Assembly: GCA_001599295.1 (NCBI GenBank)
Contig: BCGN01000007.1
Location: 919,791 to 983,790, forward strand
Length of the DNA stretch: 64,000 bases
DNA from: Sporopachydermia quercuum
Taxonomy: Eukaryota
Direction of reading: 5' to 3'
How positions within the stretch are numbered: the first letter of the stretch is position 1; every line of letters begins with the position of its first letter. Positions 1 to 11,541 of this stretch are shown piece by piece. The notes below the pieces were generated by a model. It was not told the origin of the DNA. It saw only the letters and a list, made by a program, of their open reading frames with translations, and searched no databases. A program made the position numbers and the translations under genes.

Positions 1-1052
1 TTAGCTGTCACTAAAAGTTTAGTGTTACTCCATAATGCTTTTTCAGTAGAAGTTGATTTGCCAGAAAGACCAGTTGTAGGCCGATAATTGAACAACAAGT
101 AAAGTTTAGATGCGAAACATGTAGATGAGTAAAAGAGTAGCTTAGTAGCATCAGCGAGTGGCTAGTGAGCGTTTAGTAAAGGTTGCTGTCAGTTTGATCC
201 TTCTTTATGCAATGAGCCGTTTGAGTTACTGAATGATTGAAAGGAGTGATGGACTTTCAGCTAAAATAAAGAGCAATTTGGAACTAGTTTCAGTATAAGT
301 GATCTGTCGATGACTAGCTCAATTGGGTATTCAATTTGCTTCAACAAGAATAGGAGAGTTCGTTAATTGAGTTCAGGAATCTTAAATATAAGGTTAACGT
401 TTGCGTACAAGAAAGAGTTGATTTCTATCAGACATTGATTGCATAGCCTCTACAGATATCTATTCAGTCATAGTTATACAATATTCAACTGTAAAAAAAC
501 AGGAATTAACTCAAAGAATATTAAAAATGTTTATGGATATAATACAAATATTTGAAGAGAGTATACTCTCAGCTTTTTCTACTATTACAAAGTGAGAGAA
601 CAATCATAATCGTTATAATTAAAGTTGAACGTTAATACTTTTTTAAAAAGTCAATCGTGAAGTTTATTTTTGGTACCTATAGAAAATAATTGAGAAGGAC
701 ATAAAAACAAAGGTTTACATTTTAACTAAGTTTCATCGAAATACAACTTCTTTCAGAGATGAGCCACACTTGAATCTCTCTTGTGCACAGATTCTATATA
801 AGGTTGATAGGATTCAAATCAATCTTTACTCTCACAGCTAAAGTTTAACCATTAGCCTTGACCTTTCATTCTTCATATTTGATCTAGTGCAAATCGTTAG
901 TTGAGCTTCAGTGTTATGATTGACAGCCAACCCCCTGATCTAAGTTGTTATCAATGTCTTTCATTAGAAGCAAAGTGATGGCTTAAATAATCAAAAGATC
1001 TACAGGTGATTGATTCAGATAATCCCTTCTTTAAAAATTTTAAATGCCTCCT

Positions 1053-1086
1053 TTTGAGGGACATGCACTAGTGCATGTCCCTCAAA
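1053..1086. repeat. Perfect 34-bp palindrome (17-bp arms, no spacer)
   Basis: TTTGAGGGACATGCACT|AGTGCATGTCCCTCAAA is its own reverse complement, centred on ACTAGT. Confidence 0.95.
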
Positions 1087-2516
1087 TCATTCAAAATCAG
1101 AGCCCTTTTATCTTATTAACGTGCTGCAATTATCTTTTTTATTTCTCCTAAACTGATGTTTTATTACTTCTCTTTCTTTCTCTGTGCGTTCCATTAACTG
1201 TCAATCTTAGTTACTGTGTAGGTAAAAAGCTGTTCAGTGCCTCGGTATATTCCATATCATCAAACTAACTAATGTTAACTTCATGTTTAGTTCCAATGAT
1301 GTTTTTCGGCTTCACCAAGACCTCCTTTAGTTATGCACCAACATCATGAAAACCTTCACCTAATATACTTAACACTAGTGCTGAACTCAATTTTATCAAC
1401 TTTTTGTATTCCCCACAGAAAACACAGTGTTCCTATCCCGCTCTTAGTCCTCCCAAAGTCACCCTCAATCAAAATAGCTTGAAGATATAACAACTGTATC
1501 TGATAACTTCAAATGGAAACAAAAGGGGAAATGTTGATAAAACACTACAAACATAATAACAATAAAATCAATGACTCATATGAAGAATGATATAAATAGT
1601 GTCACCTACTAATTGGATCAAAATTAGGTGAATTGAACTAATCTGATTCGATAGCTATTATTATGAAATTACGATTGGGATTTAGAGTAATCGTAATAAT
1701 AGTTTAAACAGTTAATTCAATAATGAATTAATAAAAATACTTAGTGTAACTTGTTATTCCTTTTATTGCAGTACTAATGTTGTAAAGAATAACATAATAT
1801 TCCTCAATAAAACACATATCGAACATAAATTAGCTAATAGACATTAATTGCCAATTCCCAAGTATTACATTTTTTTGCTGCTAAGTAAGTTAATATAATA
1901 GAAAACTGTGATTACTGTTACTTGTCATAATTAATATAAAAGAATCATTTAATCTATGCAATGTATGTAATTTGTGCGACAATTGTCAGCAATACTCGAA
2001 ACAATTAGTTATAAAATATCGTAGCAATCGACTTTATAATAATTTGAATGTAATAGAAACATTATTACCCCCTCTAATATTTGCACTACAGTAATTATAA
2101 GGTATTAATTGCTTTTGGATTCTGCCATCAATTTTTCGACAATAGCTATTTCCGGTCCTTTTTTTATCTAAACAAACATCACTTATTATTATTCTCAAAA
2201 CATATATGACATATGACAATAATAGTAATAATAACAGCAATTAATGTAATAATAAATGTACTAATTAATGTCGAAACATATGACAAAAATAACAGCAGTT
2301 AACATAACCAGCATACACAGTAATTAATGCAATGTCCATCTCAAAGCAATGCAACAATTATTCTCATTCTTATTAATGTCATGTCAATTAAAGTAACAAT
2401 AATAGTACAATTCAATATTAATTATATAGAAAACTGTATAAAGAATTAACAGAAATAACAATTAGCAATAAGAAAAGAGCAACCGCGAAACCATCGACCA
2501 ACCAAATAAACTAATA

Positions 2517-2573
2517 AAAACCACGTATAAAACCACGTATAAAACCACGTATAAAACCACGTATAAAACCACG
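2517..2573. repeat. 12-bp tandem repeat (AAAACCACGTAT) x ~4.7
   Basis: Four exact copies plus AAAACCACG; produces the WFYT repeat in the spurious ORF 2446..2820. Confidence 0.95.
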
Positions 2574-3371
2574 AATAAGCCATAAAAATTAATAAAAATG
2601 AATCACCAAATATCCAAATTACCAAATACCCGAAGCCCTTAATTCCCAAATAAACCATAGAAATTTCACTCACTAAATAAGCCCATAAACACTTGCATGT
2701 TTGTTGAATCTTAATACTAAACCAGTTAAAGTAAATAACCAAATTGACGGTGAATCCAACATCTTTAAGATACCAGCTATAGAAGAACATATCTGCTCTC
2801 TTCTGTTGATGTTCTTTCAATAGCTTGATTTTTCTTAATTAGTAGCACAGTGTAAAAACATAATACTTGCATAGCAATACGAGATAGCAGCTTTCTAACA
2901 AAATGACATTATGAAAATGATGTCATAACATAATGTTACTGAATACTATGGTAGTTGCGATAGCATGTGAATGTACCAGTTACAGTATTAGATTCGTAGC
3001 AAATAATATCCTAGACTTGATTTAAACTAACTACTAGGAACACAATAAACCGTACAGTAAACGAATTAAACAGGTGATACCTATTTGTCAGAAACGATTA
3101 CCCATGTATCCTGTAGCAAACAAACAACAAGCTAGTTAGGTTATGAAGGATAGTAGTACCATACTGTACCATACAATTTGACAAGATCATAAAGGGTATC
3201 TACCTGTTCATAATTATTAATTAAGGCAGATAATCAGTAATCCATGATCGATGATAGTCATCCCACTGCCTTGCTTGTCATACTTCCATGTCAAGACGTC
3301 CTCTTCCTCAAATCTCCTAAAATTAATAGCTTCCTTCTTGTAGAACTAATTCCATTATATCCTCTCATCTA

Positions 3372-6300
3372 CTAAACATCCATTAAAAGACCAATTTTCT
3401 CAATTAAACCCATTCCGGTCATTCTAAAGGTTTGTCTAACAGTATTGAATCCTTCCTCAATAATACACAACATGTAATTGAATACTCCACGCTCATCACC
3501 ACTAAATCTCCAGTTTGCTATTAGGCCGCTGATTGAATTCAAGTCAATTGCAATATTGTTACTATTACTATTGCTAGTACTAGTACTAGTGCTACTGGAA
3601 CTGGTAGTATTCACATTACTATTGTTATTTGATAGTTCATCATTGGTAAACAGCAACTCAGTGACCAACTGAATACCCAATAAGATTGTCAAAACCCGTA
3701 ATGAATAGCGAAATAATTTCTGTTTAATCAATGATAAAGCAAAAGGATCAAGTGATAGTATAGGAACATCACCATTTGATTGTTTCCTCCCATGTCTCCT
3801 TTTACTATTCCTTCTTACTTTCCCAATCGATGAATCCCTTGTTTTATTCTTGCCTCTGCTAGTGGAGTCAGCATAAGAACTGTTCTTACTAATACCACCA
3901 TCATTATTCATACAATAAATATTCCTGATTGCTCTTTGAACTTTTCTATTAATCCTTGTTAAACCATTGTTGCATTTATCAGAACAAACAGGATGCACTT
4001 GCAGTTCATTTCCATTTCCATTTCCATTTCCACCAGTATTGTACTGTTGATGACAATATTCACAATTACATCTATAGTATTCATGTCCTTTATGTCGATA
4101 GCGGTCTTCACAATTAATACTACTGTAATATCCATCTTTATTATAATCACATCCTTGCTGTATAGATTTAATCCAGTCAGAAACCGAATTTCGTTTTGAT
4201 GGTAGTTTGAAACTGATTTCCCATTCATTGGAGACCAAATCCTGTTTTTCTTGCTGGTGTTGATGCTGATGATAATTGGTCATTGAATTGTATTGAATGA
4301 CAGTATTTTGGTATTGATTTTCTTTCCATTTGAAAAACAGCTTTCCTGCTTCATTTCTAAGCCAAGCAGCCCCTAATTCAGAAAAAATAGAACTGCATAG
4401 TGCATCGAGATCCGATTGATTGGTAGTAATGCTGTTGCTGCTGTTGATGACTGTTGACGAAGAATGTGATAGGACCACTGAATTTGAAGTGTTGATATTC
4501 TTAGTTGATACTGCAAAAGGATAGTAAGTATGAGATAGCACAGAAGCAGAGGTAGAACTAGAAGTACTAGCAGTCCTACTGGCAGTAGCAGTAGTTGCTG
4601 GGTCAATACTTCTACTAACAACATTATTATTATTCTCATTGTTATTGCCATTGAAGTTGCTGTTTATTCCATATTCATTATCACTATTGTTTACATCAAT
4701 TTTATTCTTACCAACACCTTTCTTCAAGTCTTTATCTTGAATTACTGTTTGATTAGAATCTCTTCTTTTCATGGTATCTACTATCATTTCCATCTCTTTA
4801 ATACTCTCATTAATATTTCTACCGAACATGAAAGGATTCAATTGATTTTCCTTCATTTTCTCCAACATTTCAAGCTTCAATTCCATTAGTTCAAACTCCG
4901 AAACCATATCACTTTTACTTATGATTGGAATAACAGGAACGAGTTTCTCTAGTTGTCTTATATTATCGATATCCACTTGCTTCAGTCGATGTAAAATAAT
5001 GTATAGACAGACATCAACGAGCTGGATTCCGGTTGTTCCAATTGAATTTTCAATCAACGTCTTAGCAGCTGATGTGAAGTTGTTCATAGTAGTATTATCA
5101 GTATTAGCACTATTAGCACTACTATTAATAGCACTACTACCAAGAGTATCATCACAATTAATCAGTCCAGCTGTTAACCTGAACTGCTGGTCAATATACC
5201 CAATAGTGTTCTCCAAATAATCATTAACATCAGACGAATATCCGTAGCCACATGAATCAATGAACTTGATATTCGTCTCAAGCTTACTAATATCTCCGGA
5301 GAGAATTGCTCCGGATGTATCAACAGTGGAACCATTTCTTGATACATTTACATAAGAGCTGTATAATCCAGCTGACTCATTATTATTACTGTTACTCTCG
5401 TCAAACTGTTGTTGAAATTGCTGCTGAAATTGCTGTTGGAAGTCAATCTTCGGTTTAGACGAAGCACCAAGTTCCCAGAAGGGAACAAAAGTGGTGTTTC
5501 TTGCTGCTTTACTGTTAATTGTCAAAGGAATAGGAGTCGGTTTTTCATCTAAATACACAATATCTTCACAGGTTTGAATAATGGTTTCAATCAGCTTAGT
5601 TTTCCCAATTCCTGAGTCACCAGTTACTAGGATTTTCAGTTTCCCAATACGCAAACCGTTTGTTGTGAAGTGTCTCCTTGTTGGTAGTTTCAGCCGGGGT
5701 AAAACTAATGAAAGAGGTGTCGGAGTATGATTGATAGTTGTAGAATTGATAGGAGATAGAGCACTATCATTTATAGAAGTAGCGCTATTGATAGTATTGA
5801 CAGTATCATCAATTCTCGTACAAGGATCAATACCGCTATCTCTCCTATTGATGAACTGATTTCTTGCTATATCATAATTAGCAACATCACGATTTCTCTT
5901 CTTCACAGTTATCCTTGTTCCTTTACCATCAGATTCTTTCCTAACTCCAGAGGTATCACCATTATTACTATAGGTACAATTGATATTACAAGTTGTTTTA
6001 TCCTCACCAGAGACACTTGGTGAATAAGAGCTGACAATGCTGAGAGCTTCACCATCAGTATAGCTATGATCACATTCATATTCATATTCATGTTCATATT
6101 CCTCATCTGATGTTGATGTTGACGATAGTTTAATACCATTAAGGGCATCATTATAAGCATTCAAACTATTTGGAGAGAATGAGTGGGAATTGATTGAAAC
6201 AAAAGAGCCAACAGCAGCAGAATCAGGGGTTGAGATAATACTGAACGATTGACCCAAAGGGATATTTGGGGATGATAGATATGAAGAAGAAGATGAGTTT

Positions 6301-7304
6301 GATGATGGAAAGGACGGTTGAATAACAGGAGAATTGTCGAACACAGCAGCAATAGAATGGGTGGTAGTAGTATCAGAAGAATTAGTATCATCGACATTAC
6401 CAGTACCCACAGCAATATTAGCACTTTCATCATTGGAGATATAGACAGTTGTACCACTAGAGAAATTACCAATATTACCTCTAACAGAACCCTCATCAGT
6501 AATGATGTCATTTACCTCACTACCTTCATTGTCTTTATAGTCAATAAGATTGCTAGCTTTCTCACTTGAATTACGGCCAACAGCATCATAAACAGTATCA
6601 TTATGACCATCACTTTTCAACTGTATTTCAATATCGTTAGATTCTCCCAAACTAATAGTTCCAAATTTAGTTCTATTTTTAATTGAAACTCCTACACTAT
6701 CGGCGACCTTTTTATCATCTTTAATGCTTCTAGTGTTTCCATCAATAGCAGTATCACTAATTGATCCAACAGTATTCTTACTACTATCAGCATTAGTTTT
6801 ACTGATGTTGCTGACATCTATCGACGGATGATCTAAAGCCGGATTGTGTAGCACATCAAATACTGAATAATGAGGTAAAAACAATGGAGACGCTGCAGAT
6901 GTTGACGTTGATGTTGATACTGCTGCTGCCGTTTTATTCACACGCTGCTTATTTCTTTCAAGTGGTTTTTTATTAGAACCGGTAAAAGGTTCAAATTCAG
7001 GTGTACATGATCGTAGATTAATATGATCGTTATGGCTCTTGTGTCCTTTATGACTATGACCATTGGTATGATTAGTGCTGTTATCAAACTTCTTGTGCTT
7101 GATGTTCATATTACCATTGTTATTATTAGTAATCAATGGTGATAATACGCCAGAGCCACTTGAACCCATTGAAGTTCCGGCAGAAGAAGCTGAGCCAGGT
7201 TTTGATTTATGACAATTCAAATAAGGAAAAGCGTTGTCATCACCAAGGCAGTCTTCATAAGGGTTGTTTCTTAGGAACTTATAATCAACTGGATCTCTTG
7301 ACAT
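3372..7304 (-). CDS. Septin-type P-loop GTPase-domain protein (non-canonical fungal septin-like), 1310 aa, with a low-complexity N-terminus and a C-terminal hydrophobic segment
   Basis: G1 KILVTGDSGIGKT, G3-like FIDSCGYG, septin-like VDVCLYII and G4 IPIISKSD; hydrophobic stretch VLTILLGIQLVTELLF near the C-terminus; single long ORF. Confidence 0.8.
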   Translation of the reverse strand: MSRDPVDYKFLRNNPYEDCLGDDNAFPYLNCHKSKPGSASSAGTSMGSSGSGVLSPLITNNNNGNMNIKHKKFDNSTNHTNGHSHKGHKSHNDHINLRSCTPEFEPFTGSNKKPLERNKQRVNKTAAAVSTSTSTSAASPLFLPHYSVFDVLHNPALDHPSIDVSNISKTNADSSKNTVGSISDTAIDGNTRSIKDDKKVADSVGVSIKNRTKFGTISLGESNDIEIQLKSDGHNDTVYDAVGRNSSEKASNLIDYKDNEGSEVNDIITDEGSVRGNIGNFSSGTTVYISNDESANIAVGTGNVDDTNSSDTTTTHSIAAVFDNSPVIQPSFPSSNSSSSSYLSSPNIPLGQSFSIISTPDSAAVGSFVSINSHSFSPNSLNAYNDALNGIKLSSTSTSDEEYEHEYEYECDHSYTDGEALSIVSSYSPSVSGEDKTTCNINCTYSNNGDTSGVRKESDGKGTRITVKKRNRDVANYDIARNQFINRRDSGIDPCTRIDDTVNTINSATSINDSALSPINSTTINHTPTPLSLVLPRLKLPTRRHFTTNGLRIGKLKILVTGDSGIGKTKLIETIIQTCEDIVYLDEKPTPIPLTINSKAARNTTFVPFWELGASSKPKIDFQQQFQQQFQQQFDESNSNNNESAGLYSSYVNVSRNGSTVDTSGAILSGDISKLETNIKFIDSCGYGYSSDVNDYLENTIGYIDQQFRLTAGLINCDDTLGSSAINSSANSANTDNTTMNNFTSAAKTLIENSIGTTGIQLVDVCLYIILHRLKQVDIDNIRQLEKLVPVIPIISKSDMVSEFELMELKLEMLEKMKENQLNPFMFGRNINESIKEMEMIVDTMKRRDSNQTVIQDKDLKKGVGKNKIDVNNSDNEYGINSNFNGNNNENNNNVVSRSIDPATTATASRTASTSSSTSASVLSHTYYPFAVSTKNINTSNSVVLSHSSSTVINSSNSITTNQSDLDALCSSIFSELGAAWLRNEAGKLFFKWKENQYQNTVIQYNSMTNYHQHQHQQEKQDLVSNEWEISFKLPSKRNSVSDWIKSIQQGCDYNKDGYYSSINCEDRYRHKGHEYYRCNCEYCHQQYNTGGNGNGNGNELQVHPVCSDKCNNGLTRINRKVQRAIRNIYCMNNDGGISKNSSYADSTSRGKNKTRDSSIGKVRRNSKRRHGRKQSNGDVPILSLDPFALSLIKQKLFRYSLRVLTILLGIQLVTELLFTNDELSNNNSNVNTTSSSSTSTSTSNSNSNNIAIDLNSISGLIANWRFSGDERGVFNYMLCIIEEGFNTVRQTFRMTGMGLIEKIGLLMDV

Positions 7305-9381
7305 TATGAAGATGAATTAAACGATTGGTTAGCAATGAAATACTTGGCCAACCATGAACAAATTGATAGTAGGACTTGTTACGGAATGTTGCGAAAGTGA
7401 GAGAGAAAATAGGAGTAAAATATGTTGATGCTTGACTGTTTGTTAATAGTGGAAAAATACCTCTTCACTGGTAAAACTTTGATCACTCCTCAAAACACTG
7501 ACAGTATCATAAATAATTATGAGAACAATGTTATCACCAGTACGGAAATTGTTGTATTGACAATATTAACGGAGCGACCAGAAAGTAGTATCAATACAAT
7601 AAAATGCTACTGCTTTTTCTTTTACTCATCTAACCTTTCAACGTTCAAAAAGTTAGAGTGAACCAGAAATCAAACTAATTCTATCCGAAATGTTCTTCAC
7701 TAGTATAACCAACAACAGTCAGGAAAAATAAAGCCTTCTTACCGATAATACCTTCCAGGGTAATAGAACCTTTTTGAGAATGCCTGCTTATGAAAAGTAA
7801 GATACTTAGTAGATAATCAACAATTCAAAACAACCAACGAACAACTCAATTCTGAATATTTGTACGTATTAATCTAGTTTATTCTAGATAATTCATAGAC
7901 CATACAAGCTGCTCTTCTGTTGATATTCTTATTCTTTTCCACCAATAAGACCAACAATAAAAACAGTTCTTGTGTTATCAATATCTGCTATTCAACAGCT
8001 ATAGCAGATACCAACAGCTACTTTGTTATTGTTCTTTCTTAATATGAGCAATTGGCAATTGGCAATCGGTAAGGCAAACACGTTTGAACACAATTCACAA
8101 TTGCAAGACCGAATGACTGCTACTTCTTGCTGTTTGATGCTTGCCAATGTTCTTCTGCTAATGTTAATATTACTAGCAATACTTCGTAATCCTTATACTT
8201 ATCTTTTCTCTATTGAAACTGCTCGTATTCTCTTTCTCTCCTGCCATGTAACAACAACACTTACAGTATACACACTATACAAACCTAATAAGAGTACCAC
8301 CCAACAAAGTGTTAACTATGAATTATCTTATGTAAATTCCGGGCACCTGTTTTATAATTACACTAGAAATAACACCTTGCAGTTTCTATACTATTTTGAA
8401 CTCTTGGAAGCGTTGTACTGTACATAATTCATGTATAAACGTGTTATAAAGCGACACGATATCGCCATTGATAAGGAAAAAGGACTCAAAACAGCAAGAA
8501 ACAGGCGATAAGGGCAAAAATAGGATAAATTGTGGATAAGGGTTTTAATTTGAATGTTGGGATGGTGGGTTATGGGACAGTAAAGGATATAAGTGATTCG
8601 GAATTTAGATGACGTGATTGGAAAAGAATGAGCCTTGTCTGAAGATGATAAGGAATAGGAGACAGGAGCTGAAACGAGAACAAGAATATGTTTTGGTTAC
8701 TTTAAAAGGTGAAGATGGTATGAATAGGGGTATTTAACCGTTTAAGTGATTTTAAAATTGAGATTTTGATGAAATTAACGGAAATAGTGGTGTTACTGAA
8801 GGGATGATTACTGCAAGAAATATACTCAAGATAGAAGAAATACTATGAATCCGAGAATACTTTATTACATAATCAGAAACGAAGTATCAGTCCTATTGTA
8901 GTTCTCTTCCAAGTTACTAATCTTATTTTTATCTCATTTACGCATCCTTTTCGCAATCAAATCAGCTTCCTCTTTAACATTTTCTCTTGTTCCAGGCTCT
9001 TAGTTTTGAACGATAGGGGATATTCCTAATGCGGTAATATTGATAACCAAAACCGCGTCTGTGTTTCATATGCAGCACTTATGCATAATTTAGAACTCTA
9101 CCCTTGTATTATTTCTGATTATGTAATCATATACCATGACATCACCCACTTTTCTACCATTATAATTTCCGATATCACCAGTCCGGAAACTATCTCCACA
9201 TACCCTCGGCTCAGTTTTCTATGTCAACATGGAAGAAAAGGAATTTATCAATAGCACCTGGTTTCTTTATACTATCAACAAGTATAACAGTCGTATGAAT
9301 AAATATTATATGACGGGCTAGCTTTATAGTGAGAGAAATAGGTGAAATTGGGTAAAATTGTGAGTTGATTGATTGTGAAAA

Positions 9382-11541
9382 ATGTCTAAGTCACCCAGTG
9401 GGAATTCGCATAGCTATACGCTGCCTTATGCTGATGCTCCTACTATAAGTAAGTAGGCCGTTGATATGACTGGATGAGATGATGAGATCAGATGAAATGC
9501 GAAGAGCGGAATGAGAATTATTTTGTTAATTGAAATGATCCATCAGAAGCGTTTTATTTGCTCCTAAACTGCTGGTAATAGCAACCATCTACGCAATTGT
9601 GGTAATTGTAATGGTATACTAACGGAATCTTTTATAGTAAGAGCTCATCAGAAAGATGGCTACTTTATGAGTTATTTAACATCGAAACTCCATGAAGCAA
9701 CAGCTGTTTTATTTGGTATGTCAGCTTTCCTAGATCTCAGTTCTTAGAGGCTATATGGATACATTCATCAGCTGTCATGATAACACATTGTTTGAGTGAT
9801 AGATAGATGTATGATAGTATCAGCACCAAAGTCACCGTCATTATGACTCTCATTTTCTACTTTTTTCCTACTTTTTCTTCTTGCTAACAATTGTAACAGG
9901 TCGTCAGTTTGCATTCACACATCAAATTGAATCTTCTGTGATCTCTAAAGCTGTGTATTTGGGTCTTACTACATTGTTAGGAGCAAGAACCTTGGGTGAA
10001 GAATACTGTGATTTGCTTTATATGAAAGAGAGCTCTAATAAAAGAAACAGAGGACTACCCACATTCATTGTAAGTGTTCTATAGCTTGAATGTGATAATG
10101 TGTGAATATGATTATGATAACTGTCCAAATGATCTCAATCGATAGTTAGGGAGCGTGTTTAAGGATCGTTAGTTAATCTCTATTGTTTTTCAAGTTGTTG
10201 CTGGTTAGGTTTAAGTGAAAATAGGGTAGAATCTCTTAGATTTCTGAATCAACAGCTCAACCACTAACACGCAACTGTCAGATTTGCTTTCGATCAAGTT
10301 CTTCTATCGTTGCTGAATTTGTTTCCCCTGAATAGCATAATGCCGAAACTGTTGAAAATAAAGCAAACAATGAATTATTTGAACAGGCATATTGGCAGTA
10401 TCAAGCTTATATTTCGTTCCTAGCTATTTGCCCTATTTGCTTGTGACTTGCTGCTGTCTTGACTCTTGGTTGAACTGGTTCCAAACTGAAGAGTATTTAC
10501 TGGCATTATTTGTTGCTAATCAGGGAGACTGTGGTGATACTTGTTCGTTGTTTAAACTGTCGATGTCATACGAGATTAATACTGGTTATAGTATTGTTTG
10601 GGCTTATTATGCTTGTTCATCATTCTTCATGCTATCATATTACACCAAACACACCTGATACATTGAACACATTTCAATTAATTTCTATTTGCTTTTCTCA
10701 TTTTTATTTGCCTCTAACATCTTTTTAGACTCGTCTGGGCTACATATTATCGTTTGCAGTGCTTCCTTACCTCTTTAAAAGGCTCACCAAGGCCATCAAA
10801 TCAAAATACCCTTCGCTGAAATCAAAACCAATATTGAAATATCTCCTCAGTGATGAAACTCCTAAAGTACTATCAACATTAAGCAATCTTCATTTAGCTG
10901 TCTTCTATTTCTTTGGCTCCTATTATGAGCTCTCCAAACGAGTGTTTAAACTGAGATATGTCTTTGGTCATACTGTTGATAATACCAATGGAGGAACTGC
11001 CCAAACGTCGGGATATGAAGCGTTGGGTCTTTTGATTGTTTTACAGACTGTGGTGGAATCAATAAAGAAGATAAAGAGCGGATATTCTAGTAACAGCAGT
11101 ATTAATAGTATTAATGAACAAGGCATCAATGGTGATAATGGTAGCATTAGGAACAGTAATGATAGTGCTAACACTGATAGTAGTTCAGCTACTTTACTTA
11201 CCGGAGTCCCTAAAAGTGCTAAAATGCATGAACTATTAGGGACGAAATTCAGGCCAGAAATTGATCTTTCCAACAGGAAAAACCTGGCCTTTATTGAAGA
11301 AGCATCAAGAAAATGCACCTTATGCTTAGAATATATGGCTGATCCAACAGCAGGGTTGTGTGGGCACGTCTTCTGTTGGAGTTGCATATGCGAATGGGTG
11401 AAAGAGCGAGTAAGTATAAGTTGGTTGTGGGCTATTAAAATGGAAGGTAATGGTGAATAATATTAACAATCTAAATAGCCTGAATGCCCTCTGTGCAGAC
11501 AGATGACCAGAGAGGAGAATTTATTACCTATAAGACAATAG
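9382..11541 (+). CDS. PEX10: Peroxin 10, RING E3 ligase; exons 9382-9448, 9638-9715, 9900-10069, 10729-11409, 11479-11541
   Basis: Spliced frame reads LPYADAPTIIRAHQKD...TLGEEYCDL...LHLAVFYFFGSYYELSKR...CTLCL...CGHVFCWSCICEW...PECPLCRQ; all four introns have GTAAGT/GTATGT donors, branch points (TACTAAC, TGCTAAC, CTCTAAC, TATTAAC) and YAG acceptors with matching phases. Confidence 0.93.

Noticed and set aside
2517..2573. CRISPR-like array
   Set aside because: Repeats are contiguous with no spacers, the context is eukaryotic and there are no cas genes
2446..2820. 124-aa ORF with WFYT repeats
   Set aside because: Produced by the 12-bp minisatellite in AT-rich DNA; non-ATG start and no family features
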